Positions 33,230 to 42,547 of a stretch of 64,000 nucleotides of DNA are shown here, in pieces. The notes under the pieces were generated by a model. That model did not search any database, had not been told where the DNA came from, and worked only from the letters and a program-made list of their open reading frames with translations. The DNA lies in NCBI GenBank assembly GCA_965213625.1, contig CBDBZU010000004.1, forward strand, positions 3,232,001 to 3,296,000, in the 5' to 3' direction. Position 1 is the stretch's first letter. Each line of letters opens with the position of its first letter. The stretch comes from a bacterium. Its GTDB lineage: Bacteria > UBA8248. A program made the position numbers and the translations under genes.

Positions 33230-34153
33230 CTACGCTGGTGGTTCGCCTACCTGCTGCCTCGACCATTCTTCAAACATTTGCAGCAATTCCGTCTGGTCCG
33301 AATCCGGCCCATATTTTTGTAAACCAAGACCATAAATCTGCCGGGCATGATTCAAATAAAACGCCGTCACACCGTTTTCTCGCGCCAAATCGCTCCCCAT
33401 CGAGAGGTCCTTGTGCATCAATCCCGTGGAAAAACCACAGGTGAAGTCCCTCGGGAGGAGAAAGCGGGGCCATTTATCTTTTGTAGCACTATTCATGCCT
33501 GAACCACCGTTGAAGACTTGAAGCGCCTTTTCAGGGTCTAGGCCTAACTTCGATGCCAAGACCATGGCCTCCATAGAAGCGAGCAGGCTCGTCGCTGAGA
33601 GAAAATTGTTTACACATTTCATTGCATGCCCTGATTCTGGTGTTTCATCAATATGCACAATAGTTTTACCCATTGTCTCGAAAATGGGCATCGCCGCATC
33701 CACAATCTCTTTTGGACCACCAGGCATGATGGCCAGAGTGGCGGCTTCCGCCCCAACGACGCCGCCCGAGACCGGCGCACCGATCAAGTGCAAACCTTTT
33801 CCTGCTACGCGAGATGCAAGCGTACTAGTTCTCGTGGGATAGGAGGAACTCATATCAATTATCAATTTCCCCTTGTCCAGATGCGCGGAAATTCCATCCG
33901 GTCCATCGACTACTGCATCCACGATATCGCTATCAGGTAACATCGTGATGACAACATCGGCGCGCTTTGCCAGATCGGCCAAGCTTTCAGCCGCTTGCAC
34001 CCCATCATCCCTCAAGCACTCGACATTGTCCGGCCTTGTGTCAAAGGCCACGACCGCGTAGTCACCACGTCTCAAATTTTTCGACATGGGTGTTCCCATC
34101 TTCCCGATTCCGACAAAACCGATAGTAACGTTTCCTGGTTCTAAAATTTTCAT
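33230..34153 (-). CDS. 3-hydroxyisobutyrate dehydrogenase family NAD(P) oxidoreductase
   Basis: GFVGIGKMG, ITMLP, APVSGG, KCVNN, KDL. Confidence 0.9.
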   Translation of the reverse strand: MKILEPGNVTIGFVGIGKMGTPMSKNLRRGDYAVVAFDTRPDNVECLRDDGVQAAESLADLAKRADVVITMLPDSDIVDAVVDGPDGISAHLDKGKLIIDMSSSYPTRTSTLASRVAGKGLHLIGAPVSGGVVGAEAATLAIMPGGPKEIVDAAMPIFETMGKTIVHIDETPESGHAMKCVNNFLSATSLLASMEAMVLASKLGLDPEKALQVFNGGSGMNSATKDKWPRFLLPRDFTCGFSTGLMHKDLSMGSDLARENGVTAFYLNHARQIYGLGLQKYGPDSDQTELLQMFEEWSRQQVGEPPA

Positions 34154-34250
34154 AGTTTCCTCGCTATCTGAACAAACTGTTTTTTAAAAAACACCACCTA
34201 TCGTTTAGTTGTTTTTGATTCGCTCTAAGGTTTTTGTCAATCCCCATTTG

Positions 34251-34286
34251 GAGTGGTAAGCTTGAATTTAATTTCAAGCTTCACTC
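34251..34286. promoter_or_regulatory. Palindromic operator-like site between divergent genes
   Basis: aagcttgaa-tttaat-ttcaagctt with outer gagtg/cactc arms. Confidence 0.45.
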
Positions 34287-34334
34287 ATCATACCGCCCAA
34301 TTAATTTTCCATATGCCGTGCAAGGAGAAACAAA

Positions 34335-35060
34335 ATGGCGCCGATTTCGGCGGATGATGTTGTACTGTATTTGGAGGAAAATCCTGGTTTTTTCATAGAA
34401 CATCCAGACTCACTTCGCCAAAGTGGTCTTCTGACACAAGACAGTACTTCAGCAAAAGTCCTCAACTTACGGGATAAACTTTTTGACCGCTTAAAAGGCG
34501 AAAGAGAGGATTTGGTGCGACTTCTCGACGAAACGATAGAACTCGTTCGCCAAAATGAGCTAATCGAAAATGACTTTGTCGCTATTGAACAACTTTTATT
34601 TGAACAAGCTCCCTCACTGGCAAGCCTTACGGAAATCGTAAAAAATATCGAATCGCGCTTTGGGATTGAATACGCAGGTTTTTTGCTTTTAGAACCCGTC
34701 GATGGCATTCCAGTGCTCGCCGCAAAATCTGACGAATCATGCCGCATCCGCCCACTTGGTAAAATTGAAGAAGAACTCGTACCAATGGATGGAGGAGTTG
34801 TACTCAAGGGTAAATTAGAGGGCTGTGGGGGTCCGCTGTTTCCGAAAGCTTTGAGCGAAAGTATCAAATCAACCGCTATTGTAAGTTTAGAAATTCATGA
34901 GAAAAAAATCGGTTTTCTCATATTGGGTTCCAAAGATCCCGAGCGATATCAAGAGGGTATGGCGACCCACCTCCTCAGGCGTCTTGCAATGCGTTTGGCT
35001 TTGGGAATTTCCATCTTTCAGCGATTCAACAATGGAAAAACGGCGCAAACGATTTCTTGA
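34335..35060 (+). CDS. DUF484 family (GAF-like) protein
   Basis: VVLYLEENPGFFIEHP, LGSKDPERYQEGMATHLL. Confidence 0.8.
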   Translation: MAPISADDVVLYLEENPGFFIEHPDSLRQSGLLTQDSTSAKVLNLRDKLFDRLKGEREDLVRLLDETIELVRQNELIENDFVAIEQLLFEQAPSLASLTEIVKNIESRFGIEYAGFLLLEPVDGIPVLAAKSDESCRIRPLGKIEEELVPMDGGVVLKGKLEGCGGPLFPKALSESIKSTAIVSLEIHEKKIGFLILGSKDPERYQEGMATHLLRRLAMRLALGISIFQRFNNGKTAQTIS

Positions 35061-35107
35061 AGTAAAGCACTCGTTTAGCAATAGTCACATCGTCTGCTTA
35101 TGAGTAA

Positions 35108-36499
35108 TCAGGCTGGAACTCCCTCCGCTTTGGCCGCAAGTTCCATTACCTCGGAAATACTGCTCAGGTTTTCTAAATTCCTGACCCGCTCGATGATCAA
35201 ACCACCCGTTTCCTTTTCGAGCACTGGGGCAGTCATCACGTAGAATCGTTCGATCAACTCACCCCACGTCAACGGATTTCGAGAATCCCCCTTGGGATAA
35301 TCCTGATGCGCTTCGAAAACTCCGCGATCAGTCTCAATTTCGACATTCGCTTGCCATTTATCCGGAAATTCCTTTTCCATTTCGGCATCACCGTAGCATT
35401 CAATCTTCTTGATAATTGAGGAGTAAACCTGAGAGCGGAGGAAATCGTCTGCATACTCATCTAGCCCAGCAGCGCGCCTAAGAATCGCAACAGCCACGGC
35501 ATACTGAAGGCTGAATTGAGCATCAACGATATTTTGCGGATTCGTTTTCATATCATAGGGTTCGATGACTACCATTACGCTCGTCTCCGGAACCCGTACT
35601 TTTACTCGTCTGATTTCCTCTGGCTGAATATCATGCTTTTTGCAAACATCGATTGTGGCGTCAATCGAAGCGTGGTTATAACGACAACAAGCGTAGGGCT
35701 TTATCGCGCTCTCACAGATTTCCCAATACTCACCGAAGTGCTCCACCACATACTCAGGTGTATAGTCATCACTATGGCCATGCAAAAATCCCGTTTTCCC
35801 GCCCAAAATATCTTCCGGTCCCGTATAACCTTCCTGGGCTAAATAGGCGGCGATGATACCGCTATGCGCCGCCCATCCCGGGTGAAACCTCTTCGTCCAA
35901 GCGCCGTTATCGAGATATTGCATCGAACCAGCCGCCTGGCTGCCCGAGATGCCCATTGCATTTGAAGTGGCCTCGACCGAAAGCCCCAAAAGCTTCGATG
36001 CCGTGATCGAGGAGGCGAAAGTGCCGCATGTTCCCGTGGGATGGAAACCACGCTCATAGTGGCTCGTTGGATTCACGGCATTTCCGATGCGATTGGTGAC
36101 TTCATATCCTGCTACGATAGCGGCGATTACTCGCTTCGGATCAGGCTGATGCGCCTCGGCAACGGCTAACGTGCTTGGCATGACGCTGACTGCAGGATGC
36201 AGGCTTGAGCGCGTTGTCACATCATCCATTTCCGTGGCGTGGCTCACCCCCCCGTTCACCAAAGCGGCATGAGGGGCATCAGTTTTCAAACCCGAGCCTA
36301 TGATGGTGCAAGGCCCACCATGGGGAGCGCGCTTTTGGGCAAAATTATGAAACACACGAGAACTGGCCGCCTCCAATGCTCTCAATGTAACGCCGAGGTG
36401 ATCGAGCAAAAAATACTTTGCGCGGTCCCTGGCCTCATCGGACAGAGAACCATAAGTAATGGCGTGAACGTGTTCGACAAGCATTCGGCTGATATTCAT
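35108..36499 (-). CDS. MmgE/PrpD family protein
   Basis: LLDHLGV, EMDDV..HP, GFHPT, KPYACCRYNH, QFSLQY, KGDSRNPLT. Confidence 0.9.
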   Translation of the reverse strand: MNISRMLVEHVHAITYGSLSDEARDRAKYFLLDHLGVTLRALEAASSRVFHNFAQKRAPHGGPCTIIGSGLKTDAPHAALVNGGVSHATEMDDVTTRSSLHPAVSVMPSTLAVAEAHQPDPKRVIAAIVAGYEVTNRIGNAVNPTSHYERGFHPTGTCGTFASSITASKLLGLSVEATSNAMGISGSQAAGSMQYLDNGAWTKRFHPGWAAHSGIIAAYLAQEGYTGPEDILGGKTGFLHGHSDDYTPEYVVEHFGEYWEICESAIKPYACCRYNHASIDATIDVCKKHDIQPEEIRRVKVRVPETSVMVVIEPYDMKTNPQNIVDAQFSLQYAVAVAILRRAAGLDEYADDFLRSQVYSSIIKKIECYGDAEMEKEFPDKWQANVEIETDRGVFEAHQDYPKGDSRNPLTWGELIERFYVMTAPVLEKETGGLIIERVRNLENLSSISEVMELAAKAEGVPA

Positions 36500-36733
36500 T
36501 CGAACTTCTCCTTCCACTAGAAGCCAGTTTGTGATTTTGAGACTTTGGCCCACTGCTGTACAGGCAATTTTTACACTTCAAGCAATAATACCAGAACTTA
36601 TTGTATTCTGCCTCAGCGCAAGAGTGGATAAACCGCTCCAAGCCTTTGGGGCAAGGATGAATTTGTCATATGGTATTGCTTGCAGATACAATTCTCCATC
36701 ACTTGTACACTCTCATCATTTTGGAGACAGAAC

Positions 36734-37078
36734 ATGCAATCTTGCGTCTTTTGTAAAATCGTAGCAGGCGAGATTCCCTGCAAAAAAGTGTATGAAGATG
36801 ACGCATTGTTTGCATTTGAAGACGCCAACCCGGCGGCCCCCACACATATTCTGATCATCCCGAAAAAACACATGGAGACGCTCCATGAGATACAGGATGC
36901 GGACAAGGAACTGATTGGCTCGATATTCGTTGCGGCGAATGAAATCGCTCGCAAACAGGGAATCGCGCAAGAGGGTTTTCGTATCGTCGCGAATTGCGGA
37001 GATAACGGCGGCCAAACAGTCTTTCACATCCACTTTCACCTCTTGGGCGGACGCCAGATGGAATGGCCGCCTGGCTAG
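36734..37078 (+). CDS. Histidine triad (HIT) nucleotide-binding protein
   Basis: CVFCKIVAGEIP, GQTVFHIHFHLLGGR..WPPG. Confidence 0.95.
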   Translation: MQSCVFCKIVAGEIPCKKVYEDDALFAFEDANPAAPTHILIIPKKHMETLHEIQDADKELIGSIFVAANEIARKQGIAQEGFRIVANCGDNGGQTVFHIHFHLLGGRQMEWPPG

Positions 37079-37157
37079 CATATGCATCGTACATAAAATT
37101 GTTTGCGTCAATTGAACTGCCAGAGAACTCACCTGAGAATTGCTGCCCTCTTAGAAC

Positions 37158-37781
37158 CTACATCAATCGGAATCGCTGCTCCATGGCCCGGCTCCATTTG
37201 CTCGCTTGATCATGATCGAACAAAATATCCGGATCCGCAGGCGCCGTATACCAGTCTCCGCGCCTCATCTCGCTCTCCAGTTGCCCGGCCCCCCAACCGG
37301 CGTAGCCGACCACGATTACGATTTGCTTGGGCCGCTTGCCTCGAGCTATGGCCCGAAGCATCTCATCCACCGGACTTACCGCTACATTCTGTCCCAAGTC
37401 ATGTATCACATTGAGTTGATGTTCATTTGTATGGAGCACGAAGCCCGTATCGGGAGACACGGGACCACCGTAGTAGATATTCACCTGGCTCATCTCTCGA
37501 GGCGCTTTTATGCCAAAACTTCGGAAAAGCGCGGAGAGCGGTATTCTCTGCACCACACGATTTACTATCAGCCCGAATGCACCCTTTTCGCTGTGTTCCA
37601 CCAATAGAATGACACTCTGGCGAAACCGGCCGTCCGGCATGCCCGGTCGCGCGACCAGCAACACGCCCTCGTGATATCCAAGCAGTGGAAGGTATGGCCC
37701 TTCCGGGTTCTTATCCTGCTCCTGGGCAGAGGCGGTAACGGCGAAAAACAACACCATCGCAGCGAGAAGGATTCGTTTCAT
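37158..37781 (-). CDS. YqgE/AlgH family protein with N-terminal signal peptide
   Basis: LLVARP..FRQSVILL..GAFGLIVN, YGGPV, GYAGWGAGQLESE; MKRILLAAMVLFFAVTASA leader. Confidence 0.88.
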   Translation of the reverse strand: MKRILLAAMVLFFAVTASAQEQDKNPEGPYLPLLGYHEGVLLVARPGMPDGRFRQSVILLVEHSEKGAFGLIVNRVVQRIPLSALFRSFGIKAPREMSQVNIYYGGPVSPDTGFVLHTNEHQLNVIHDLGQNVAVSPVDEMLRAIARGKRPKQIVIVVGYAGWGAGQLESEMRRGDWYTAPADPDILFDHDQASKWSRAMEQRFRLM

Positions 37782-37782
37782 T

Positions 37783-38844
37783 CTAAGCCACCCAGCCACC
37801 ACCGTAGAGCACGTCGGCGGAGTAGAAAACGGCCGCCTGCCCCGGCGCCACTGCGCCCAGATATGTGGGGTCATGGGGCCTGATTTCGACGATTCCATCC
37901 TCTTTGGGCGTCACGGCGCATGCGGCCGCGCGGCCCCTATGCCTCACCTGCACTTCCAGAGGAGATGAATCGGGGGGAATCGACCAATGCACGTCCCTCG
38001 CGATGAAAACCTCACGCGCTAGGGCCTCGCGTTCGCCCACCACGATAGTAGCCGATTCCGATTCGAGTTCCACCACGTAGCGCGGCGGGCCGCCTCCCAA
38101 ATCGAGGCCCCGTCTTTGTCCCACGGTGAAGTTGGTCACCCCCCCGTGCCTGCCGAGCACGTTTCCCGCGAGGTCCACGATGTCTCCCGGCCTGTCGATA
38201 CCGGGTTTCTCGGCCTTGAGGAAAGCGCGGTAATCATCCTTTGGCACGAAGCAAATCTCCTGGCTTTCAGGCTTCTCCGCGGTGGGGAGGCCCAGTTTTC
38301 TGGCGTATTCCCTCGTTTGCTTCTTCGTGAACTCCCCCAGGGGGAACGCGGTGCGCGCGAGTTGCTCCTGCGTCATGCCGAAGAGGAAATATGTCTGGTC
38401 CTTCTCCCTGTCCAGGCTTCTAGCGACGCTCTGGTGGCCGTCGACTTCCACCCGTCTGGCGTAATGCCCCGTGACGAGGACCTCCGCGCCGAACGCCATC
38501 GCGCGCTCGGCGAGATAATCGAACTTCACCACCTGGTTGCACTTGACGCAGGGCACGGGCGTTCTGCCGTTTTCGTATTCCGAGATGAAGTCCACGATCA
38601 CGCTTTCCTTGAAGGATTCGCGCACGTCCATCACATAGAAGGGAATGTCGAGCTGGGCCGCCACGGCGCGCGCATCGGCCAGGTCGCGCGGGGCGCAACA
38701 CCCCCTGTGAAACGACTCCTGCGCGGGCCTGTCGGCGAGGCGAAGCCCCACGCCGATGGTCTCATGACCGGCCTCCACCATGAGGGCCGCGGCCACCGAG
38801 CTGTCCACCCCGCCGCTCATCGCCACCACTACGCGCTTCGCCAT
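37783..38844 (-). CDS. mnmA: tRNA 2-thiouridine synthase MnmA
   Basis: AMSGGVDSS, TPVPCVKCN, TGHYA, KDQTYFL, ESQEICF, TVGQRRGL, PGQAAVFY. Confidence 0.96.
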   Translation of the reverse strand: MAKRVVVAMSGGVDSSVAAALMVEAGHETIGVGLRLADRPAQESFHRGCCAPRDLADARAVAAQLDIPFYVMDVRESFKESVIVDFISEYENGRTPVPCVKCNQVVKFDYLAERAMAFGAEVLVTGHYARRVEVDGHQSVARSLDREKDQTYFLFGMTQEQLARTAFPLGEFTKKQTREYARKLGLPTAEKPESQEICFVPKDDYRAFLKAEKPGIDRPGDIVDLAGNVLGRHGGVTNFTVGQRRGLDLGGGPPRYVVELESESATIVVGEREALAREVFIARDVHWSIPPDSSPLEVQVRHRGRAAACAVTPKEDGIVEIRPHDPTYLGAVAPGQAAVFYSADVLYGGGWVA

Positions 38845-39090
38845 CACCGCCTCCCGAGGATGCCGCTCAAAGTCCGGCCACGTTATACACCACTCGCTTC
38901 GCCTGAGGCCACAGGGCGTGGAGAGGTTCCGCGCTGGAGCCACTGCGAGGAAATGCGGGTAAATGCGTGGTTCTTAAAAAAATTTTAATTCGATAAATTT
39001 CGATAATTACATAAAGTATTACTTTAGGTATATTTGATAAACTATTAAATGAATGTATAATGCCATGATAGTTTCGTCCATAAACTTTTT

Positions 39091-39128
39091 CGTAAATTTA
39101 TCCAATTTTATCGATATTTTCATGAATT
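39091..39128 (-). repeat. Right copy of 38-bp long-range inverted repeat
   Basis: Reverse complement reads aattcatgaaaatatcgataaaattggataaatttacg; matches 16474-16511 at 34/38. Confidence 0.8.
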
Positions 39129-39770
39129 CAAAACCCGGCGCACGCACGGCGCACGGGGGAGATTTCACCGCCTTTGCGCCTTCGTCCATCTCGCAACGCC
39201 TGCCATGGATTCGCCGAATCATCGCTTCACCTTTATCAATCCACAGTCGAGGTATTGATTTCACCGCCCAGTCCGTCCCTATGAATGCGGCTGTGAGGAA
39301 ACCAGATTCCTCCCGTCCAGCGTGCCCCTATGAAACGGCTGCGAAGAATCAATTCATACACCGGGCCTGCCCCTATGAAAGCGGCTACGAGTGGTTTGAA
39401 TGCGCCACCCTCTACGCCCGCATGAAATTCTCGCGCATCTCCAGGGAGGCGGGATAGCGCCAATTGCGGGGAAATGCGTGTCCGATTGATTCCGTCGTCA
39501 TGGCGGCGGTGGTCAATTTCGACCGAGTATGACTTTTTCAACAACCTCAATGAGGGGAGGTTTCCGACCCATGCCCCAGAAACCACCACTTTTACGGCAA
39601 ATACTGATGGCAATCGACTGGTTGACCGTAAAGCGATGATTCTCGCCCACCAGTCCTTCGCCAGCGCCACTTCACCCTTGAGCACGGAATTGTGAAGTGG
39701 AAAACCTCGTGTCTGGCCAGTGATCCGGCGAAGCATTTTACTGATTCTTCGATCATTCAGCAGATTTTAA

Positions 39771-41114
39771 TCAGCCGGCCCCTCCCACCGCATGCTCGAA
39801 AACCATCATCGGCTCAAAATCCGCAAGCTTAATTTGAGGCAACGAAACGCCCGCATACGCTCCCGCCGCATGGAATTTCTCGAGCAGCTCCGTATCACTC
39901 AGCGGCTTTCCCGGCATCCCGCGGGCGGCGCCGCAGAACCCGGCCGCGGTGCGGCCATCGCTCAGGGTCAGCGTGAGGCGGATGCTTTCGGGATATTTCC
40001 CGCGCATCTCCTCGGTGGAAAGGTCCATCGCGCGCTTTACACTCACCCGCGCCATGAGGGCCTCCATCTCCGGGCTGACCCCGGCTCCGGGTTCGAGATC
40101 CTCAAACCGGACCTTGCCGTTAAGCGCGGCGCAGGCCAGCGCATATGGCAGGCTGAACTGCATCTCCTGCGGGGTGGCCGGATTCGGAAAGACGAGACTC
40201 CCGTAGACGAGCTCCGGTACTTCGGCGTGTATCCCGGCCACCTCATCAGCACTTGCGCCGAGTTCCGCCATGAGTCCGTTCATCTGTTCGATGGCCGAAA
40301 GCGCTGCCGAGCAGACCGGATTCGTCTTGAACAAGAGGCCCGGGTCGCACAGGCGCCAGCGCAGGCCGATGGTTTTGAGTTCGGACTCGACGGCTTCGCC
40401 CCGGTTCAGCAGCTTCAGGAAACCCCGGTTGTCCTCGAACGCGGCTTCCGGTCCTGTAAGCCCGGCCTGCGCAGCCCGGGCGAACGTAACGGCCCGACGC
40501 GCGGTCTCGCCGACGAGCATCGGCTTGGCGTCCGTACCGAGCACGGCCTTTCCCCCGCCGGAAGCGGCTGCCGCCAGGCCGATAGCGCTCGTCATCGCGT
40601 CCTCATCGAGCCCCAGCAGGCATCCGGCGGCGACGGTCGCGCCCGTGAGGCCGAAGGTGATCGTGCTCCACCAGCCATGGAAGTAGTGGTCGTGTGTGCA
40701 AAGATCGGCGAGGACGTACGCCACCTCGGAACCCGCGACGAAGGCGCGGCGAAGCGAATCAGCGCCCGTTTCGAGTTCCTGCGCCAGGGCCATGGCGGCG
40801 GGCAGCACCACCGCCGAGCCGTGCATGATCCCAGTGTAGGAGGTATCGTCGAAATCCCAGACGTGCGCCGCCATTCCGTTGATGAGCGCCGCGGCTTCCG
40901 GGTCCGCTCTCCCGCCGGTCGCCAGCGTCGCCTTCCCTTCCCCGCGCGTAGTCACTGCAGCCAGGGCGCGCACGGATGGATGCGCGCCCCCCGCGAGCAT
41001 GACGCCCAGGGTGTCGAGCATGGCCCTGTTTGCAACCGTCCTGACTGCGGAATCAACCCGTTCCAGACCGCAGGCGAACCTCGCGAACCGCCGGGCTATT
41101 GTGGGTGTTTTCAT
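39771..41114 (-). CDS. MmgE/PrpD family protein
   Basis: MLDTLGVMLAG, DFDDT..H, QFSLPY, RGMPGKPLS; starts about 20 bp after the grdB stop. Confidence 0.9.
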   Translation of the reverse strand: MKTPTIARRFARFACGLERVDSAVRTVANRAMLDTLGVMLAGGAHPSVRALAAVTTRGEGKATLATGGRADPEAAALINGMAAHVWDFDDTSYTGIMHGSAVVLPAAMALAQELETGADSLRRAFVAGSEVAYVLADLCTHDHYFHGWWSTITFGLTGATVAAGCLLGLDEDAMTSAIGLAAAASGGGKAVLGTDAKPMLVGETARRAVTFARAAQAGLTGPEAAFEDNRGFLKLLNRGEAVESELKTIGLRWRLCDPGLLFKTNPVCSAALSAIEQMNGLMAELGASADEVAGIHAEVPELVYGSLVFPNPATPQEMQFSLPYALACAALNGKVRFEDLEPGAGVSPEMEALMARVSVKRAMDLSTEEMRGKYPESIRLTLTLSDGRTAAGFCGAARGMPGKPLSDTELLEKFHAAGAYAGVSLPQIKLADFEPMMVFEHAVGGAG

Positions 41115-41135
41115 GTGGTGACGACACCCACCCCT

Positions 41136-42452
41136 CTAGTACTCGAACACCGTGGGGCCGTCCACTTTTTCGGTCAGCGCTGAAGCGGCGGCGCGTGCTG
41201 CGCCCAGGCGCCATTCACGCTCGGCCTCGGGCGTCCGGGAGGGGTCGCCGAATGGATGATGAAAATGCCCGGCGCGGTTGTTGACGATGCGGTTGACCCC
41301 GATGTCACGCGCCACGTCCGGCAGGCATGTGACGATGACGGTGGGGATGCCCTCCCGCTCGAGCGCTCTCGCCAGCGCAGCCCCGCTGCGCGTGCCGGTG
41401 CCTCACGTTGCGGGGAGCACGACGCCCTCCACCCCGGTCTTTTTGAGTTCCGCGGCCCAGGCGCGGCCGATGCCGTCCATCTCGGCGAAGGCGCCGCCGT
41501 TCCCGCAGGTGCTGTGGAAATCATCGTGGAGCTCGGCGATCTCGCCCTCCTCCGCAAGCCGCCGGAAGGCGTCCACGGCGAGCATGCGGTCCGGCTCCTC
41601 GTTCACGAACACGGTGTTGAAGCCCCCATGAATCGAGATGAACGTGCCGCCCGGCAGGGCGTCTTTCCCCTTAAAGGAGTACGTGGCCCAGTTCTCATTT
41701 CTCGAGCCGGCGAAGCGGTCCGGGTTGCCGGGGGGCACCATGCCGCCTTCGGATACGATGGCGATGCGCGCTTTTTTAAGATCGGCGATCGCCTCGGGCG
41801 GCGCAATCTCTTCCAGAACGGGAACGTCGAGTTCCGTCTCGTAGGGCTCGCCCTTGATTTTTCGTAAAACCATGTCGACGGCGCGCTGCGAAGTCGGTAG
41901 TTCGGCGACTTCGTTGTAGCGGACCCCCCGAGGCAGGTATCCCTCCTCGGCCGCATTGCCGATCTCCTCGCCCCGGGCAAGCTTGAGTCCAAGGCGGGCG
42001 GCGGCTTCCAGGGCTTCCTCCATCCCGACGGCCGAATCTGCGGCGGGTACGGTGTGGACACCGGTACCGGCAGCGGGAAAGCCCGGATTCTCGGGGTGCA
42101 TGGCAGTGACGACGGGAACGCTCGCCTCATGCGCTGCGCGGCATACGGCGGCGCAGGCCAGCCCGAAGCGCCCGGCGTTGAAAGCGGGCCCGGCGAGAAC
42201 GAGATCAGGAGAATATTCGAGAATCCTAGCGAGAGCCTCTGCGGCGCAGTCTTCCTCGTTTTCGGCGATAAGGCCGTCCCCCGCAAAGACGGTGCCGACC
42301 ACTTCGGCGTCTTCCCCCAGAATTTTATCGAGCAAAACGCCGGGGCCAACCGGGCCTGTCTGCGCAGATACAGGATGATCGCTCTTCTCCTCGCCCCCGA
42401 CGCCTGCAAAGAACTGGTTCAAGTAGTGAACGACCCGAAGTTTACCGCTCAT
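41136..42452 (-). CDS. grdB: Glycine/sarcosine/betaine reductase selenoprotein B-like (Sec at UGA 41403-41405, codon 350; 438 aa)
   Basis: RVVHYLNQFFAGVGGEE, AGPAFNAGRFG, IHGGF; read-through gives PAT-U-GTGTRSGAALARALEREGIP...HPFGDP...PTVFEY* at full GrdB length. Confidence 0.93.
41375..41391 (-). promoter_or_regulatory. Putative bacterial SECIS hairpin of grdB
   Basis: GCGCAGC-GGG-GCTGCGC; G-containing loop begins 19 nt after the UGA. Confidence 0.7.
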
Positions 42453-42547
42453 AGCCTGGCCTCCTGTATGAATTCATTCAATTCAATATTTCAGTGTACA
42501 TGGTGAACACCCGTTTGGGCTAATATCTCCTTCACAGGCTCCCGTCC

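Noticed and set aside
39271-39392. CRISPR array
   Set aside because: Only three short degenerate units, no cas genes; kept as a low-interest repeat.
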